A stretch of 64,000 bases of DNA from an uncultured Planctomycetales bacterium (GTDB taxonomy: Bacteria > Planctomycetota > SBBH01): NCBI GenBank assembly GCA_964455625.1, contig CAYVXZ010000001.1, positions 8,150-72,149 of the forward strand. Reading direction: 5' to 3'. The position numbers and the translations under genes were made by a program. Under the pieces are notes generated by a model. That model did no database searches and was not told the DNA's origin. It saw only the letters and a list, made by a program, of their open reading frames with translations. Shown here one piece after another: positions 31,177 to 40,393 of the stretch. Numbering within the stretch: position 1 is the first letter of the stretch; the number at the start of each line of letters is the position of its first letter.

Positions 31177-32319
31177 CTACTTGCCGGCCGCGAGGCGGAT
31201 GTCCCCGCTCGCCGTCCGGAGCGTCACCCGGGGACCGCCGCCGCCGACCGCGCCGGAAAGCCCCTGTCCGGAAACCCCTCCCGGCCCGACGGCGACGGAA
31301 AAGTCCGTCTCGATCCGGCCGAACCCGGTCGCCGCGTCGACCGTCAGGGCCGCGCCGGCCGGGAGCCCCAGCGTCACGTCGCCGAAGGAAGTGGCAAGCG
31401 CCCAGGGGACCTCGGGGGCCCGCGCGGCGACAACCCGGACCGATCCGGAGCCGGACCGGAGAGACAGCGTTCCGAACGCCCCTTCCGCCTCGATATCGCC
31501 GGAACCGGTCTCCCCCTCAAGACTTCCCGTGATCCCGCGCGCGACAAGACCCCCCGAGGCGAGCCGCACCGTCACGGCCCCGGAGACCTCCTTGAGGCCG
31601 CATTTTCCGGACCCGCCCGCCAGGTCGATGCGGGCGGCGGCGACCCCCTCGAGCGCGATCCGGCCCGACGCGGCGTTCGCCGAGACCCGCTCCGCCCTGA
31701 CCGAGACGATCCCGATCTCCCCGAAGGCGGTCGCGGCGGAAACCTCTTTCCCCTCGATGTTCCCGATCCGGACCTCCCCCGAACCGGACTGGAGCGAGAG
31801 ATCCCCGCGGATCCCGTCGCACCGGATGTCGCCGAAGCCGCTCCGGACCGCCACCGAGACGCCCGCGGGGACCCGGACCGTCCAGTCGATCCGCTCGCGG
31901 ACGTGATACGCCTTTCCCTTCTCCAGGGGGGCCGGGTATTCCGCCAGGATCCGGACCCCGTTCTCGCATCGTTCAACGACGACGCGCGTCGCGGACGCGC
32001 GGGCGTCCGCTTCCGCGCGGGTCTTCCCGGAAGCGGTGATCGCGGCGGAAAGCGAGGCTGTCCCGTCGGTCGAGGCCGCGACGACAATGTCGCCGGCGCG
32101 CCCCTCGAGAAACAGCGTCTCGCCGGCGGCGACCGTCACGGGGACTTCCTCGTTCCGGGACGCCTTCCGGAAGGATCCGGAGGCCTCCTCGTCCTCCCCG
32201 CCGCTCCCAGACTTCCACTCGAACGTCATCCCCCCCGCCTGGCACCCGGCCAGGACCGGAAGGAGAAGCACGACGCCGGAGATCCGTTTGACGCGCATGG
32301 TTTCCCCCTTACCGTTCAA
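31177..32319 (-). CDS. DUF4097-like beta-repeat lipoprotein (putative adhesin family)
   Basis: Signal plus lipobox 'VLAGCQ'. Repeated G/S/V-rich beta strands with 'GSG(D/E)(V/I)' repeats. Confidence 0.5.
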   Translation of the reverse strand: MNGKGETMRVKRISGVVLLLPVLAGCQAGGMTFEWKSGSGGEDEEASGSFRKASRNEEVPVTVAAGETLFLEGRAGDIVVAASTDGTASLSAAITASGKTRAEADARASATRVVVERCENGVRILAEYPAPLEKGKAYHVRERIDWTVRVPAGVSVAVRSGFGDIRCDGIRGDLSLQSGSGEVRIGNIEGKEVSAATAFGEIGIVSVRAERVSANAASGRIALEGVAAARIDLAGGSGKCGLKEVSGAVTVRLASGGLVARGITGSLEGETGSGDIEAEGAFGTLSLRSGSGSVRVVAARAPEVPWALATSFGDVTLGLPAGAALTVDAATGFGRIETDFSVAVGPGGVSGQGLSGAVGGGGPRVTLRTASGDIRLAAGK

Positions 32320-33490
32320 GCCGGCCGCGCCCGGACGCCGCCGCGGCCGCCACCTTGTGGTGGAACCAGTGTGGGCCGGCCTCGGCCTTCGGGGAGAACC
32401 GCCCCGGCGTCCCGCCGGAGGCGGCCATCCCCTGCAGGACCTGCGCCATCGCGTCCACGTCCTCGTCGTCCACCTGACGCGAGAGCCAGAGATCCTCGCG
32501 GCGCGCGTATTTCTGCGGATCGAGGACCCAGTGATACCACCGGAACAGGGTCCGCGCGGGATCCCCGGGGACCGGCTCGTAGACGTTCACCGAGAGCCCC
32601 CACGGGTAGAAATTCAGGGTCAGGTTCGGAAAGACGAACCACCAGAGGGCGAAGACGCGCCGCTCCGGATGCGCCGCGTCCCGGAAACGCGCCGGGAGGA
32701 TCTCCGGATCGAAGCCGTGCGCGGGATCCCGGGCGAACGCCCACTGGAGGGCGCAGTCCCCGAAAAGCTCCGTCCGGTAGGTCTCCATCAGAAGGGCGTC
32801 CGCGAGCCCTCCGGGTTTCCGGTGGATGTACGGGATGTGCAGGCTGTCCATGTAGTTCCAGGCGTGCTGCTTCCAGTTGCCGGAAAGGACCCGGCTTTCT
32901 CCTTCCACGGGGACGCGTTTCAGGCGGTCGAGGGGAAACCGTTCCAGGGAACCGGCCACCGGGGAAAACGCCTTCGCGAACGGCCGGTCCGGCTTTCCCG
33001 CGGCGGCGAAGAAAGAATCCCCCCACTCGGCGACCGGACAGGCCCGCAGGTGGTCCTCCGGCCCCGGAAAACCCGGAATCCCCTCGAACCCCGCCTGCGC
33101 GAGGAAGCGCCCGGCGCAGTCGAACTGCCGCCCGTGCTGGGGACAGGTGACGCGCCGGTCCCGCTCCGGTCCCCGCACGAGGGGGTGCCAGGCATGCGTG
33201 CAGGCGTTCGGAAAGAGGCGCAGCGTCCCGTCCCAGTCCCGCTGGAGGAAACAGGGGCGCCCCGCGAGCGTCACCGGGACGCGCGACCCGCGCCGCCGCA
33301 CCAGATCCGCCAGGCTCCGGGGGTCGGCGCGAAGCTCCGCCGCCTCCCGCTGGGGGACGAAAAGCCAAGACTTCGCGAAGACCGTCTCCAGCTCGCGCGC
33401 CAGGAACGCCGGATCGAGAAAGGCGGAAGGCGGAAGGATGCGCGCCCTCGCGATGTCGGTTCCCCTTCCTTTCCGCGACTTGGCCATCCC
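32309..33490 (-). CDS. Rieske [2Fe-2S] domain non-haem oxygenase alpha-subunit-like protein
   Basis: Rieske motif 'CTHAWHPL...CPQHGRQF' (CxH...CxxH). The C-terminal part resembles a ring-hydroxylating catalytic domain. Start Met taken at 'MAKSRKG'. Confidence 0.7.
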   Translation of the reverse strand, partial: GMAKSRKGRGTDIARARILPPSAFLDPAFLARELETVFAKSWLFVPQREAAELRADPRSLADLVRRRGSRVPVTLAGRPCFLQRDWDGTLRLFPNACTHAWHPLVRGPERDRRVTCPQHGRQFDCAGRFLAQAGFEGIPGFPGPEDHLRACPVAEWGDSFFAAAGKPDRPFAKAFSPVAGSLERFPLDRLKRVPVEGESRVLSGNWKQHAWNYMDSLHIPYIHRKPGGLADALLMETYRTELFGDCALQWAFARDPAHGFDPEILPARFRDAAHPERRVFALWWFVFPNLTLNFYPWGLSVNVYEPVPGDPARTLFRWYHWVLDPQKYARREDLWLSRQVDDEDVDAMAQVLQGMAASGGTPGRFSPKAEAGPHWFHHKVAAAAASGRGRLER

Positions 33491-33559
33491 GCCATCGTCC
33501 CCCAAGCGTCCTCCGCCATCAACCCCGGAAACGTTTGCGGAAGGCGGTCCTCGCCGGGA

Positions 33560-34532
33560 GGATGCCGGGATGGGACGCGCCGTCGCGCTGGATGTCGCGG
33601 GAATCGGGTCCATGGTCGTCGACCGGATCTTCAGGGCGCCGCGCCTCATCGGCCCCGAGGAAAAAATCCTGCTGGCGCGTCACACGGACGGCTCGGTCGT
33701 CCGGAAGCTCCACGGCGGCGTCACGCTGAACCATCTCGCCTGGGCGCGGGTGACGGGCGCCCGGACGGGCGTCTTCGGAAGCCTCCCGGACGACGCCGAC
33801 GGACGGTTCCTCCGGGCCGGCATGCGGTCGCTCGGTATCGCCGCGCACCTCTCGCCGAAAGGGTCCACCACCGCCGCCTCCCTTGTCTTCGTGGCCGACG
33901 ACGGCGCGCGGTGCATCTACATGGACCGGGGCGCGACGGGCGGGACCCGCCCGGCGGATATCCGCGCCCACCGGGCGTTCATCCGGCGCGCGCGTTTCGT
34001 CTCGACCGAGATCTCGCAGTTGCCTCTCGACACCGTCGCCGCGGTCCTCGCGCTCGCGCGCGAGGCCGCGGGAACGACGGTCCTTGATGTGGACATTCCT
34101 CCGCAGGATGCCGTCAGGACCCTGGGGAGCCGCCGGGATCTCGAACGCGCGCTCGCGCTTGCCGACATCCTGAAGCCGTCCCGGGCGGCGGCCCGGGAAC
34201 TCGCCGGCGGCGCCCCTCCCCTCCTGGCCGCGCGGCGGCTCCGCGCGCGATACGGATCCCGCGCCGTCGCCATCACGGACGGCGAACGGGGGTGCGCGAT
34301 CGACGCCGAGGGGTTTTCGGGGGCGCTCCCCGCCTTCCGCGTGAAGGCGGTCGATACCACCGGATGCGGGGATGCCTTTCTGGGGGGGCTTCTTGCGGCG
34401 CGCGCCCGGGGCCTCTCCTGGCCCGAGGCGGCGCGCCTCGCGAACGCCTGTGGCGCCGCCTGCGCCCTGCAGACGGGCGCCTTTCCCGCTCCCGGCACCC
34501 GCCGGACGGTCGAACGCCTCCTCGCGTACTGA
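33560..34532 (+). CDS. PfkB-family carbohydrate kinase
   Basis: 'DTTGCGDAFLGG' is the PfkB signature 2. N-terminal 'VAGIGSMVVD'. ATG at 33560. The upstream part of the track ORF 32877-34532 is antisense run-on. Confidence 0.8.
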
Positions 34533-34584
34533 CCCGCCTAGCGACCAGGCAAGGTTGCCGATATCATTCCCGCGCGCGCGTCGC

Positions 34585-34657
34585 GCTACCGTAGCTCAGC
34601 CGGCAGAGCACGTCCTTGGTAAGGACGAGGTCAAGGGTTCGAATCCCTTCGGTAGCT
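34585..34657 (+). tRNA. tRNA-Thr (anticodon GGU)
   Basis: Cloverleaf fold. Acceptor stem GCTACCG/CGGTAGC. Anticodon stem-loop CGTCC-TTGGTAA-GGACG. T-arm AAGGGTTCGAATCCCTT. Confidence 0.85.
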
Positions 34658-34747
34658 CCGTTTCGCATATCGGGGGCCGTCTTCGGGAGCGGCCATCAGC
34701 GCCACCAGCGCAACCGGGAAAAGCGTTATCCGTTATCGAAGAGGGCT

Positions 34748-35332
34748 TCAGTGCCCCTCGCCGGCGGGCGGGGGATGGTCCTTTTCCTTGTCCTTCTCTT
34801 CCTTGCCGTGGTCCTTCCCGTCCTTGTCCTTCTCTTTTTCCTTTTCCTTGTCCTTGCGCGCCTTCTCCTTGTCGGCCTTGGCCTTGGCGCGCGCGGCGGC
34901 GGCGTTCTCCTCGACCTGCTTGAGGAGCTTGCGGCGGTCGAGCCCCAGGAGCTGGTCGATCTTCGCGACCAGCGTCTCGCGCCGGTAGGGTTTCTGCAGC
35001 ACCTCGGCGATCCCGATCGACTTGGCCTCCTCCACCTCGCTCGGGCCGAACTTGGCGCTCATCATGAGGAAGATCGGCCGCCCCTCCTTGGGAGGCGCGG
35101 CCTTCCGGACCCACTCGATCCCGGTCATGCCGGGCATCGAAAGGTCGGTCATCACGAGATCGAAGGGGCCGTTCTGGGAAAGCTGCTGGAGCGCCTCCTC
35201 GCCGGAGCCGGCCTCCTCGACCTCGAAACCGGCCCCCTCGAGGACGATCCGGACCCCCTTGCGGAGCATCACGAGGTCGTCCACCACGAGGAGCCGCGCA
35301 AGCGCCTTCCCCATCTCCTGGCGGAGTCCCAT
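34748..35332 (-). CDS. single-domain response regulator (CheY-like receiver) with K/E/D-rich low-complexity C-terminal tail
   Basis: 'LLVVDD', phospho-acceptor 'LVMTDLSMPGMTG' and 'LMMSAKF'. The tail is 'KAKADKEKARKDKEKEKEKDKDGKDHGKEEKDKEKD', encoded by imperfect tccttg/tccttc repeats. Confidence 0.8.
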   Translation of the reverse strand: MGLRQEMGKALARLLVVDDLVMLRKGVRIVLEGAGFEVEEAGSGEEALQQLSQNGPFDLVMTDLSMPGMTGIEWVRKAAPPKEGRPIFLMMSAKFGPSEVEEAKSIGIAEVLQKPYRRETLVAKIDQLLGLDRRKLLKQVEENAAAARAKAKADKEKARKDKEKEKEKDKDGKDHGKEEKDKEKDHPPPAGEGH

Positions 35333-35402
35333 GCGGAGGATTGTCCGCCCGTGGCGGCAGGCCCCACAAGGGGAATCTGGACCTGACGCTCGCGAGCAGG
35401 AA

Positions 35403-35432
35403 AAAAAGAAGGGCCCGCCTTCCGGCGGGCCC
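35403..35432 (-). terminator. rho-independent terminator downstream of 5S rRNA
   Basis: Minus strand reads GGGCCCGCC-GGAA-GGCGGGCCC followed by UUCUUUUUUU. Confidence 0.7.
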
Positions 35433-35444
35433 TCTCGAGAATAT

Positions 35445-35556
35445 CCCCGGCGACGACCTACTTTCGCAGTTGACCCACTATCATCGGCCCGCAGGGCTTA
35501 ACGACCGTGTTCGGAATGGGAACGGGTGTGGCCCCTACGGTATGGTCGCCGGGAAA
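35445..35556 (-). rRNA. rrf: 5S ribosomal RNA (orphan copy, no adjacent 23S/16S)
   Basis: The reverse complement is 'UCCCGGCGACCAUACCGUAGGGGCCACACCCGUUCCCAUUCCGAACACGGUCGUUAAGCCCUGCGGGCCGAUGAUAGUGGGUCAACUGCGAAAGUAGGUCGUCGCCGGGG'. It aligns to bacterial 5S along its length (…CCCAU.CCGAAC…, …GCCGAUG.UAGUG…, …GCGA.AGUAGG…). The ends are complementary and form helix I. Confidence 0.85.
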
Positions 35557-35605
35557 CTTTGGGTTCCCTATGTGGCGGTGAGTATGTCAGGGGACCGCCC
35601 GGCTG

Positions 35606-35848
35606 TCAACGGTCTTCCCCGGGAGGCCTCGGGGGCGGGATCACCTCGACCTCGACCCCCTTGTGCGTGTAGCGGGGGGCGCCGCCCGGCCGGGAAGGGC
35701 GCGCGAACAGGCGTCTCACGCGCCAGGCCAGGTACAGGAAAACCGCGACGCCGAACCCCGCCGCCAGGGCCGCGAGCCCCAGAGCGGCGAGTCCCGCCAG
35801 CGCCAGGACGGCAAGCACCGCCCCCGCGAGGCGCGCGAGAAAATCCAT
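35606..35848 (-). CDS. small hydrophobic protein (80 aa), doubtful
   Basis: An Ala/Leu-rich TM-like ORF between the 5S and the STAS gene. It could be spurious. Confidence 0.2.
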   Translation of the reverse strand: MDFLARLAGAVLAVLALAGLAALGLAALAAGFGVAVFLYLAWRVRRLFARPSRPGGAPRYTHKGVEVEVIPPPRPPGEDR

Positions 35849-35879
35849 CCCGTCAGGGTATCACACGCCAGTCGGCGGG

Positions 35880-36893
35880 TCAGGCGGAGGGCTTTTCCGT
35901 CTCCAGGTGCGCGAAGAGCGCGGCCTGGCGGCGGATCTTCTCGTCGGCGGCCAGGAGATCCGCCCGGAGCGACCTGAAGAGGTTCGCCATCTCCGGGTCC
36001 ATCTTCACCATGGCCGACAGGATCAGGTGCGAGAGGGGCGGCTCGTCGGGGGACGTGCCCTCGGCAGGAAGCGAGACCCCGATCGTGAGGAACGCCTCCT
36101 CGACCCCGCGGCAGATGGTCGAGAGCGAGTCGGCATGGACCCGGGCCTGCTCCAGGGACGCCCGGATCCGCTTCTGGACCTCCCGCATCGGCGCCAGGGC
36201 GTCCTGCGTGCGCTGGCGGATCGTCTCCTGCTCGTCGGCGAGCTTCCGGTTCTCCTCGCGCATCGCCTCCACGCGGGCGCGCAGGTCGATGTAGAGCGAC
36301 TGCGCCTTTTCCCGGTCGCCGGCGGCCGACTGGGCGTCCTCCTTCGCGGCGGCGAGATCCGCCTCCATGAGCGCGAGGTCCCGCTTCAGGCGCTCCACCT
36401 CGCCGGCGAGGTCCGCCCCGCCCGACAGGGCCGCCGGGGAGGGGCGCGGCGGAGGCTCCCCGCCGGGGGCGGGCGTCTCCGGCGCCGCGGCTTCCGGGGC
36501 GGGGGCCGCCGGCGCCAGACGCGGCTTGGGGGGGGCCGCGGGAGGCTCCTCCCGGACCGCCTCGGCCGCGGGCCGGCCCGACAGGATCGAGTCGGGCTCC
36601 AGCCCCCCCCGCGAGAAGGTCGTCGCCACGGCGGAGCCGACGTTCACGAGGCGGAACGACCGCCCCTCCGCCTCGATGAACTCCCGCAGGCGCACCAGCG
36701 CCGCCACCGCCATGGGCGAGATGCGGGTCAGCTTCGTGCAATCCACCGTGACGTCGCGCGGGGAATCGGCGAATGCCTGCCGGATCAGGCGGAGCTTCTC
36801 GCCATAGACCGTCCGGTCGAGCTCCCCCTCGAGAACGGCGGAAATCGCGTCCATCGTGTCCCTGGAACCTTCCGTCTGTCGCGTGGCCTCCAT
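35880..36893 (-). CDS. STAS-domain (anti-sigma-factor-antagonist-like) protein with Pro-rich linker and C-terminal coiled coil
   Basis: The N-terminus ('...VTVDCTKLTRISPMAVAALVRLREFIEAEGRSFRLVNV') resembles SpoIIAA/STAS. The linker is Pro/Ala-rich. The C-terminal part is heptad-rich. Confidence 0.6.
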   Translation of the reverse strand: MEATRQTEGSRDTMDAISAVLEGELDRTVYGEKLRLIRQAFADSPRDVTVDCTKLTRISPMAVAALVRLREFIEAEGRSFRLVNVGSAVATTFSRGGLEPDSILSGRPAAEAVREEPPAAPPKPRLAPAAPAPEAAAPETPAPGGEPPPRPSPAALSGGADLAGEVERLKRDLALMEADLAAAKEDAQSAAGDREKAQSLYIDLRARVEAMREENRKLADEQETIRQRTQDALAPMREVQKRIRASLEQARVHADSLSTICRGVEEAFLTIGVSLPAEGTSPDEPPLSHLILSAMVKMDPEMANLFRSLRADLLAADEKIRRQAALFAHLETEKPSA

Positions 36894-37021
36894 CGACGCG
36901 TGTACCTTACCCCGCCCGCGGAGGCCCGCAACGCCGCGGCACGGCGCCCGCCGGAGCGGCCGGGCCCGGCGTGCACGAATTGCATGGTCTTCCGGGCGGC
37001 TCCGCGCCGGTAGAATCCGGC

Positions 37022-37609
37022 GTGCTCAACTGGCCCAACCGCATCACGATCGCGCGGATCCTGCTGACGCCGGTCCTCGTGATGCTCGCGATCCGCGCCG
37101 ACGACGGGCCGCAGTTCCGCGCCTGGACGCTCGCCCTCTTCGTGATCCTGGCCCTCACCGACGCCGTGGACGGGTTCCTCGCGCGCACGCTGAAGCAGAA
37201 GACGGAGCTCGGGACGTTCCTCGATCCGCTGGCGGACAAGGTGCTTCTCGTGACAGCGACGGTGCTTCTCGTCTGCCCGCTCTGGCCGGACGCGGCGGCG
37301 GGGGCCCGGACGCGCATCCTCCCGGCCTCGATCGCGGTCATCGTCATCAGCCGGGAGGTGCTCCTCGCGCTCGGGACGCTCCTCATTTTCGTCCTGGCGG
37401 GGAACGTCGTCATCCGCCCGTCGGTGCTGGGGAAGCTCACCACGCTCGTCCAGATCGCGATGATCGCCGGAACGCTCGCCGGGGTCCGCGAGCCGGTCCG
37501 GACCCCCCTTCTCTGGGGGACGGCCCTCATCACGATCGCCTCGTTCGTCGGCTACGCCTACGACGGATGCCGGCAGCTCGCGCGGATCGGCGACGACAAG
37601 AAGCCCTAG
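37022..37609 (+). CDS. pgsA: CDP-diacylglycerol--glycerol-3-phosphate 3-phosphatidyltransferase
   Basis: GTG at 37022. CDP-alcohol phosphatidyltransferase motif 'DAVDGFLAR...G..LDPLADK'. Confidence 0.8.
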   Translation: MLNWPNRITIARILLTPVLVMLAIRADDGPQFRAWTLALFVILALTDAVDGFLARTLKQKTELGTFLDPLADKVLLVTATVLLVCPLWPDAAAGARTRILPASIAVIVISREVLLALGTLLIFVLAGNVVIRPSVLGKLTTLVQIAMIAGTLAGVREPVRTPLLWGTALITIASFVGYAYDGCRQLARIGDDKKP

Positions 37610-37639
37610 GTATTTTTTCCATCCGGCGGGAGCGTTTGC

Positions 37640-37775
37640 GGGGGCCTGATGAAGCCGGGCCGGTCAGGAGGTGCGAGGCCCGGCGGAATCGGAGAGACCG
37701 AGCGGCACGGATGCCGCGAGGGAACGTCCCCCGCCAAATGCGACCGCCGAAAGGGCAAGCGAGCGAGCGTTTCGG
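37640..37775. repeat. ~135-nt structured repeat, copy A (about 85% identical to 54735-54870)
   Basis: It starts 'gggggcctgatgaagccgggccggtcagga' and contains the inverted repeat GCCGGGCC/GGCCCGGC. Confidence 0.7.
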
Positions 37776-37799
37776 GAGTCTGAACACAAGAAAAGAGGT

Positions 37800-39092
37800 T
37801 CATCGGGGTTCGACCACCGCCATCGCGGAAAGGTCCGCACGGAAATGGGCCGCCAGGCGCGCCGACACGTCCGCGGGAGTCATCCGCCCCAGGATCCGGT
37901 GCCACGCGAAGGGATCGACCCCCGCGAAATGGCAGGAGGCCGCCGACCGGGCGACCGCCGACGGGGAATGGAACGCCTTGAGGGCCGCCCCCATCGACTT
38001 CGCGCGGACCCGCTCGAAGTCCGCAGGCGCGATCCCCTCCAGCCGCGCGCGCGCGACCTCGTCCAGGACCGCCCGGCGCAGGCGCGCCGGGTCGCGCGTG
38101 CGCCCCCCGACGACGCTGTAGCCGAAGTCGTCACCGGCCTGGTGGCCGAACCCGAAATCGTCGTCGACGAGCCCCTCACCGAAGGCGCGCTCCCGGAAGC
38201 GCGAGGCCGGGCCGAAGAGGAGGTCCCCGGCGAGCGCCGTCGCGATCCGCTGGCGCACCAGCGCGTCCCCCGCGAGCCCCGTCTCCGTCTCCTTGAACGC
38301 CACGAGCGCCTTGGGCCGGGGGACGTCCATCCGGCGCCGCGAGAGCCGACCCGCCACGCGCGCGGGCTCGCGGACGGCACGCCGGACAGGGCACGTGCCG
38401 GGCGCGGGACGGTCGAACGCGGCGTCGACGGCGGCCAAGACCGCCTGCAGCGACACGTCCCCGGCCGCGGCCACGACCATGTTGTCCGGACGGTAGAAGG
38501 CCCGGTAGGCGGCGCGCAGGTCCTCCGCGCGCGTCGCCCGGACGCTCGCCACGGTCCCGGCGATGTCGTCCCGGACGGGATGCCGCGCGTAAAGGAGGCG
38601 CTGGAGGTCCTGGACGCAGGCGCTGTCCGGGTCGTCCTGGTACATCCGGATCTCCTGGGCGATGATCCCCTTCTCCTTCCGGACGGTCTCGTCGGTGAAC
38701 GCGGGGCGGCGGACGAACCCCAGGAGCTCGTCGAGGGCTTTCCCGAACCGGTCCACGCACGAGACGTGGTAGGCGGTCTCCCCGTAGTCGGTGTACGCGT
38801 TGGCGGAGGCACCCAACGCCGCGAAGCGCTCCATGGCGTTCACGGACTCCCCCTCGAACAGCTGGTGCTCCAGGAAATGCGCCGCCCCGGACGGGATGGG
38901 CCGCCACCGGTTCCCCTCCCGGAACGCCCGGTCCTTCGCCCCGAACCGGACGGCGACCAGGGCGAACTTCTGGACGGTCCCCGGCACCGGCGCGCACCGG
39001 ACCGCGGGCCGGCCGCTCCGGCGCGCGGCGAGGACCGCCTCCCCGGTCAGGGGGTCGCGCATCTCCCGGACGGTCCACCCGCGCCGCGTCAT
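37800..39092 (-). CDS. M16-family zinc peptidase (pitrilysin/insulinase-like), active-site type
   Basis: Inverzincin motif 'GAAHFLEHQLFEG' (HxxEH). ATG at 39092 overlaps the stop of the upstream M16 gene (ATGA). Confidence 0.8.
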   Translation of the reverse strand: MTRRGWTVREMRDPLTGEAVLAARRSGRPAVRCAPVPGTVQKFALVAVRFGAKDRAFREGNRWRPIPSGAAHFLEHQLFEGESVNAMERFAALGASANAYTDYGETAYHVSCVDRFGKALDELLGFVRRPAFTDETVRKEKGIIAQEIRMYQDDPDSACVQDLQRLLYARHPVRDDIAGTVASVRATRAEDLRAAYRAFYRPDNMVVAAAGDVSLQAVLAAVDAAFDRPAPGTCPVRRAVREPARVAGRLSRRRMDVPRPKALVAFKETETGLAGDALVRQRIATALAGDLLFGPASRFRERAFGEGLVDDDFGFGHQAGDDFGYSVVGGRTRDPARLRRAVLDEVARARLEGIAPADFERVRAKSMGAALKAFHSPSAVARSAASCHFAGVDPFAWHRILGRMTPADVSARLAAHFRADLSAMAVVEPR

Positions 39093-40393
39093 GCCGCTCC
39101 CCGGCCTGGCCCGGCGGTGAAGACCGCCTTGAGCGCGAGGCCCCGCGCCGCGCGGGCGACATCGGCGGGGCGCAGGACCGCGAGATCCGCGAGCGCCGCG
39201 TGCCGCGTGAAGGTCCGCCCCAGGAGCCCTTCCTCGTAGTGGGCGTCGATCTGCGCGGCGCGCAGGTCCGCGAGGCGCCGCAGCCCCTGGCGCAGGCAGG
39301 CGCGGGTCTTGGCGAACTCGTCCGCCGTGAAGCGCCCCCGGCGGACGTTGTCGATCTCCTCCCGGATGAGGTCGAGCGCCCGCCGCGTGTTCGCCGGCTC
39401 CACCCCCGCGTCGACGAAGACCCATCCCGTGGCGCGGTCGGCGAAGCACCCCACCGAGTAGGCGAGGCTCTTCTCCTCCCGCACCGTCCGGAAGAGCCGC
39501 GAGTGGGAGAATCCCCCCAGAAGCGCGGCCGCGAACCCCAGCGCGTCGGCGGCGCGGCCCGCGCCCGCCGGGTCGATGCCGCTCGCGAACCCCAGGCAGA
39601 GCCGGGCCTGTCGGGCGTCGAGCCGCTCCGCGGCGCGGCGGACGGCCCCCCCGGTCCGGAACCGCGTCGCGGAACGGCCGTCGGCGGCCTCGCGTCGCGG
39701 GAAGGCGAGAGCCGCGGCCGCCCGCGCGAGAACCGCGTCGGGCGGCACCGGCCCCATCGCGTAGAGGTCGAAGGACGACTCCGCGAGCCAGCGGCGCCAG
39801 CGCCGGAAGAGCCCCGCGGGCCGGATCCGCCGGATGCCGGCGGCCGAGCCGTACGGATGCCGCCCGGCCGGGTCCGCCCCGGCCAGCATCCGCCGGCATT
39901 TCTCGTAGGCGTAGCGCTCCTTCTGCTCGATCTGGGCGGCGAGCAGCATCGCGAGGTTTTCCTTCTCGCGCGCCACGACGTCGGCCCGGAACGCCGCGCC
40001 GTCGGTCAGGGGATCGGCCAGGATCTCGCGCAGGAGGAAAAACGCCTCCCCCAGGAAATCCCTCCTCAAGGAGGAGGGCAGGAACCGTTCGCAGGGGACC
40101 TCCATCTCCCAGGCCGCCACCTGGTGGCGGCCGAACCGGTGGACCTCGACGTCGAGCGTCGTCCCGCACAGTTCTTCGAGGCGCCGCCGGATCGCGCGCT
40201 CGGTGGGGAGACTCCGCGTCCCCTGCTTCAGGACGAACGGGATCAGGGCGGTCGGCGCGGGATCACTCCCCAGGGGAGACCGCAGGAAGGCCGAGATCCA
40301 GGTCGACTTGAACCGCGGCGCCTCCCGGACGAAAAGCCGCGTTCCGTTCGGCAGGACCGCGCGACGGAAATCGCCCGAGCGCTCCCACCTCAT
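39089..40393 (-). CDS. M16-family peptidase, non-catalytic-type subunit
   Basis: M16 fold similarity without HxxEH. It pairs with the downstream active subunit. Confidence 0.65.
   Translation of the reverse strand: MRWERSGDFRRAVLPNGTRLFVREAPRFKSTWISAFLRSPLGSDPAPTALIPFVLKQGTRSLPTERAIRRRLEELCGTTLDVEVHRFGRHQVAAWEMEVPCERFLPSSLRRDFLGEAFFLLREILADPLTDGAAFRADVVAREKENLAMLLAAQIEQKERYAYEKCRRMLAGADPAGRHPYGSAAGIRRIRPAGLFRRWRRWLAESSFDLYAMGPVPPDAVLARAAAALAFPRREAADGRSATRFRTGGAVRRAAERLDARQARLCLGFASGIDPAGAGRAADALGFAAALLGGFSHSRLFRTVREEKSLAYSVGCFADRATGWVFVDAGVEPANTRRALDLIREEIDNVRRGRFTADEFAKTRACLRQGLRRLADLRAAQIDAHYEEGLLGRTFTRHAALADLAVLRPADVARAARGLALKAVFTAGPGRGAA

Noticed and set aside
32877-34532. 551-aa ORF
   Set aside because: Only the C-terminal 324 aa (from ATG 33560) is a PfkB kinase. 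The N-terminal part is antisense to the Rieske gene.
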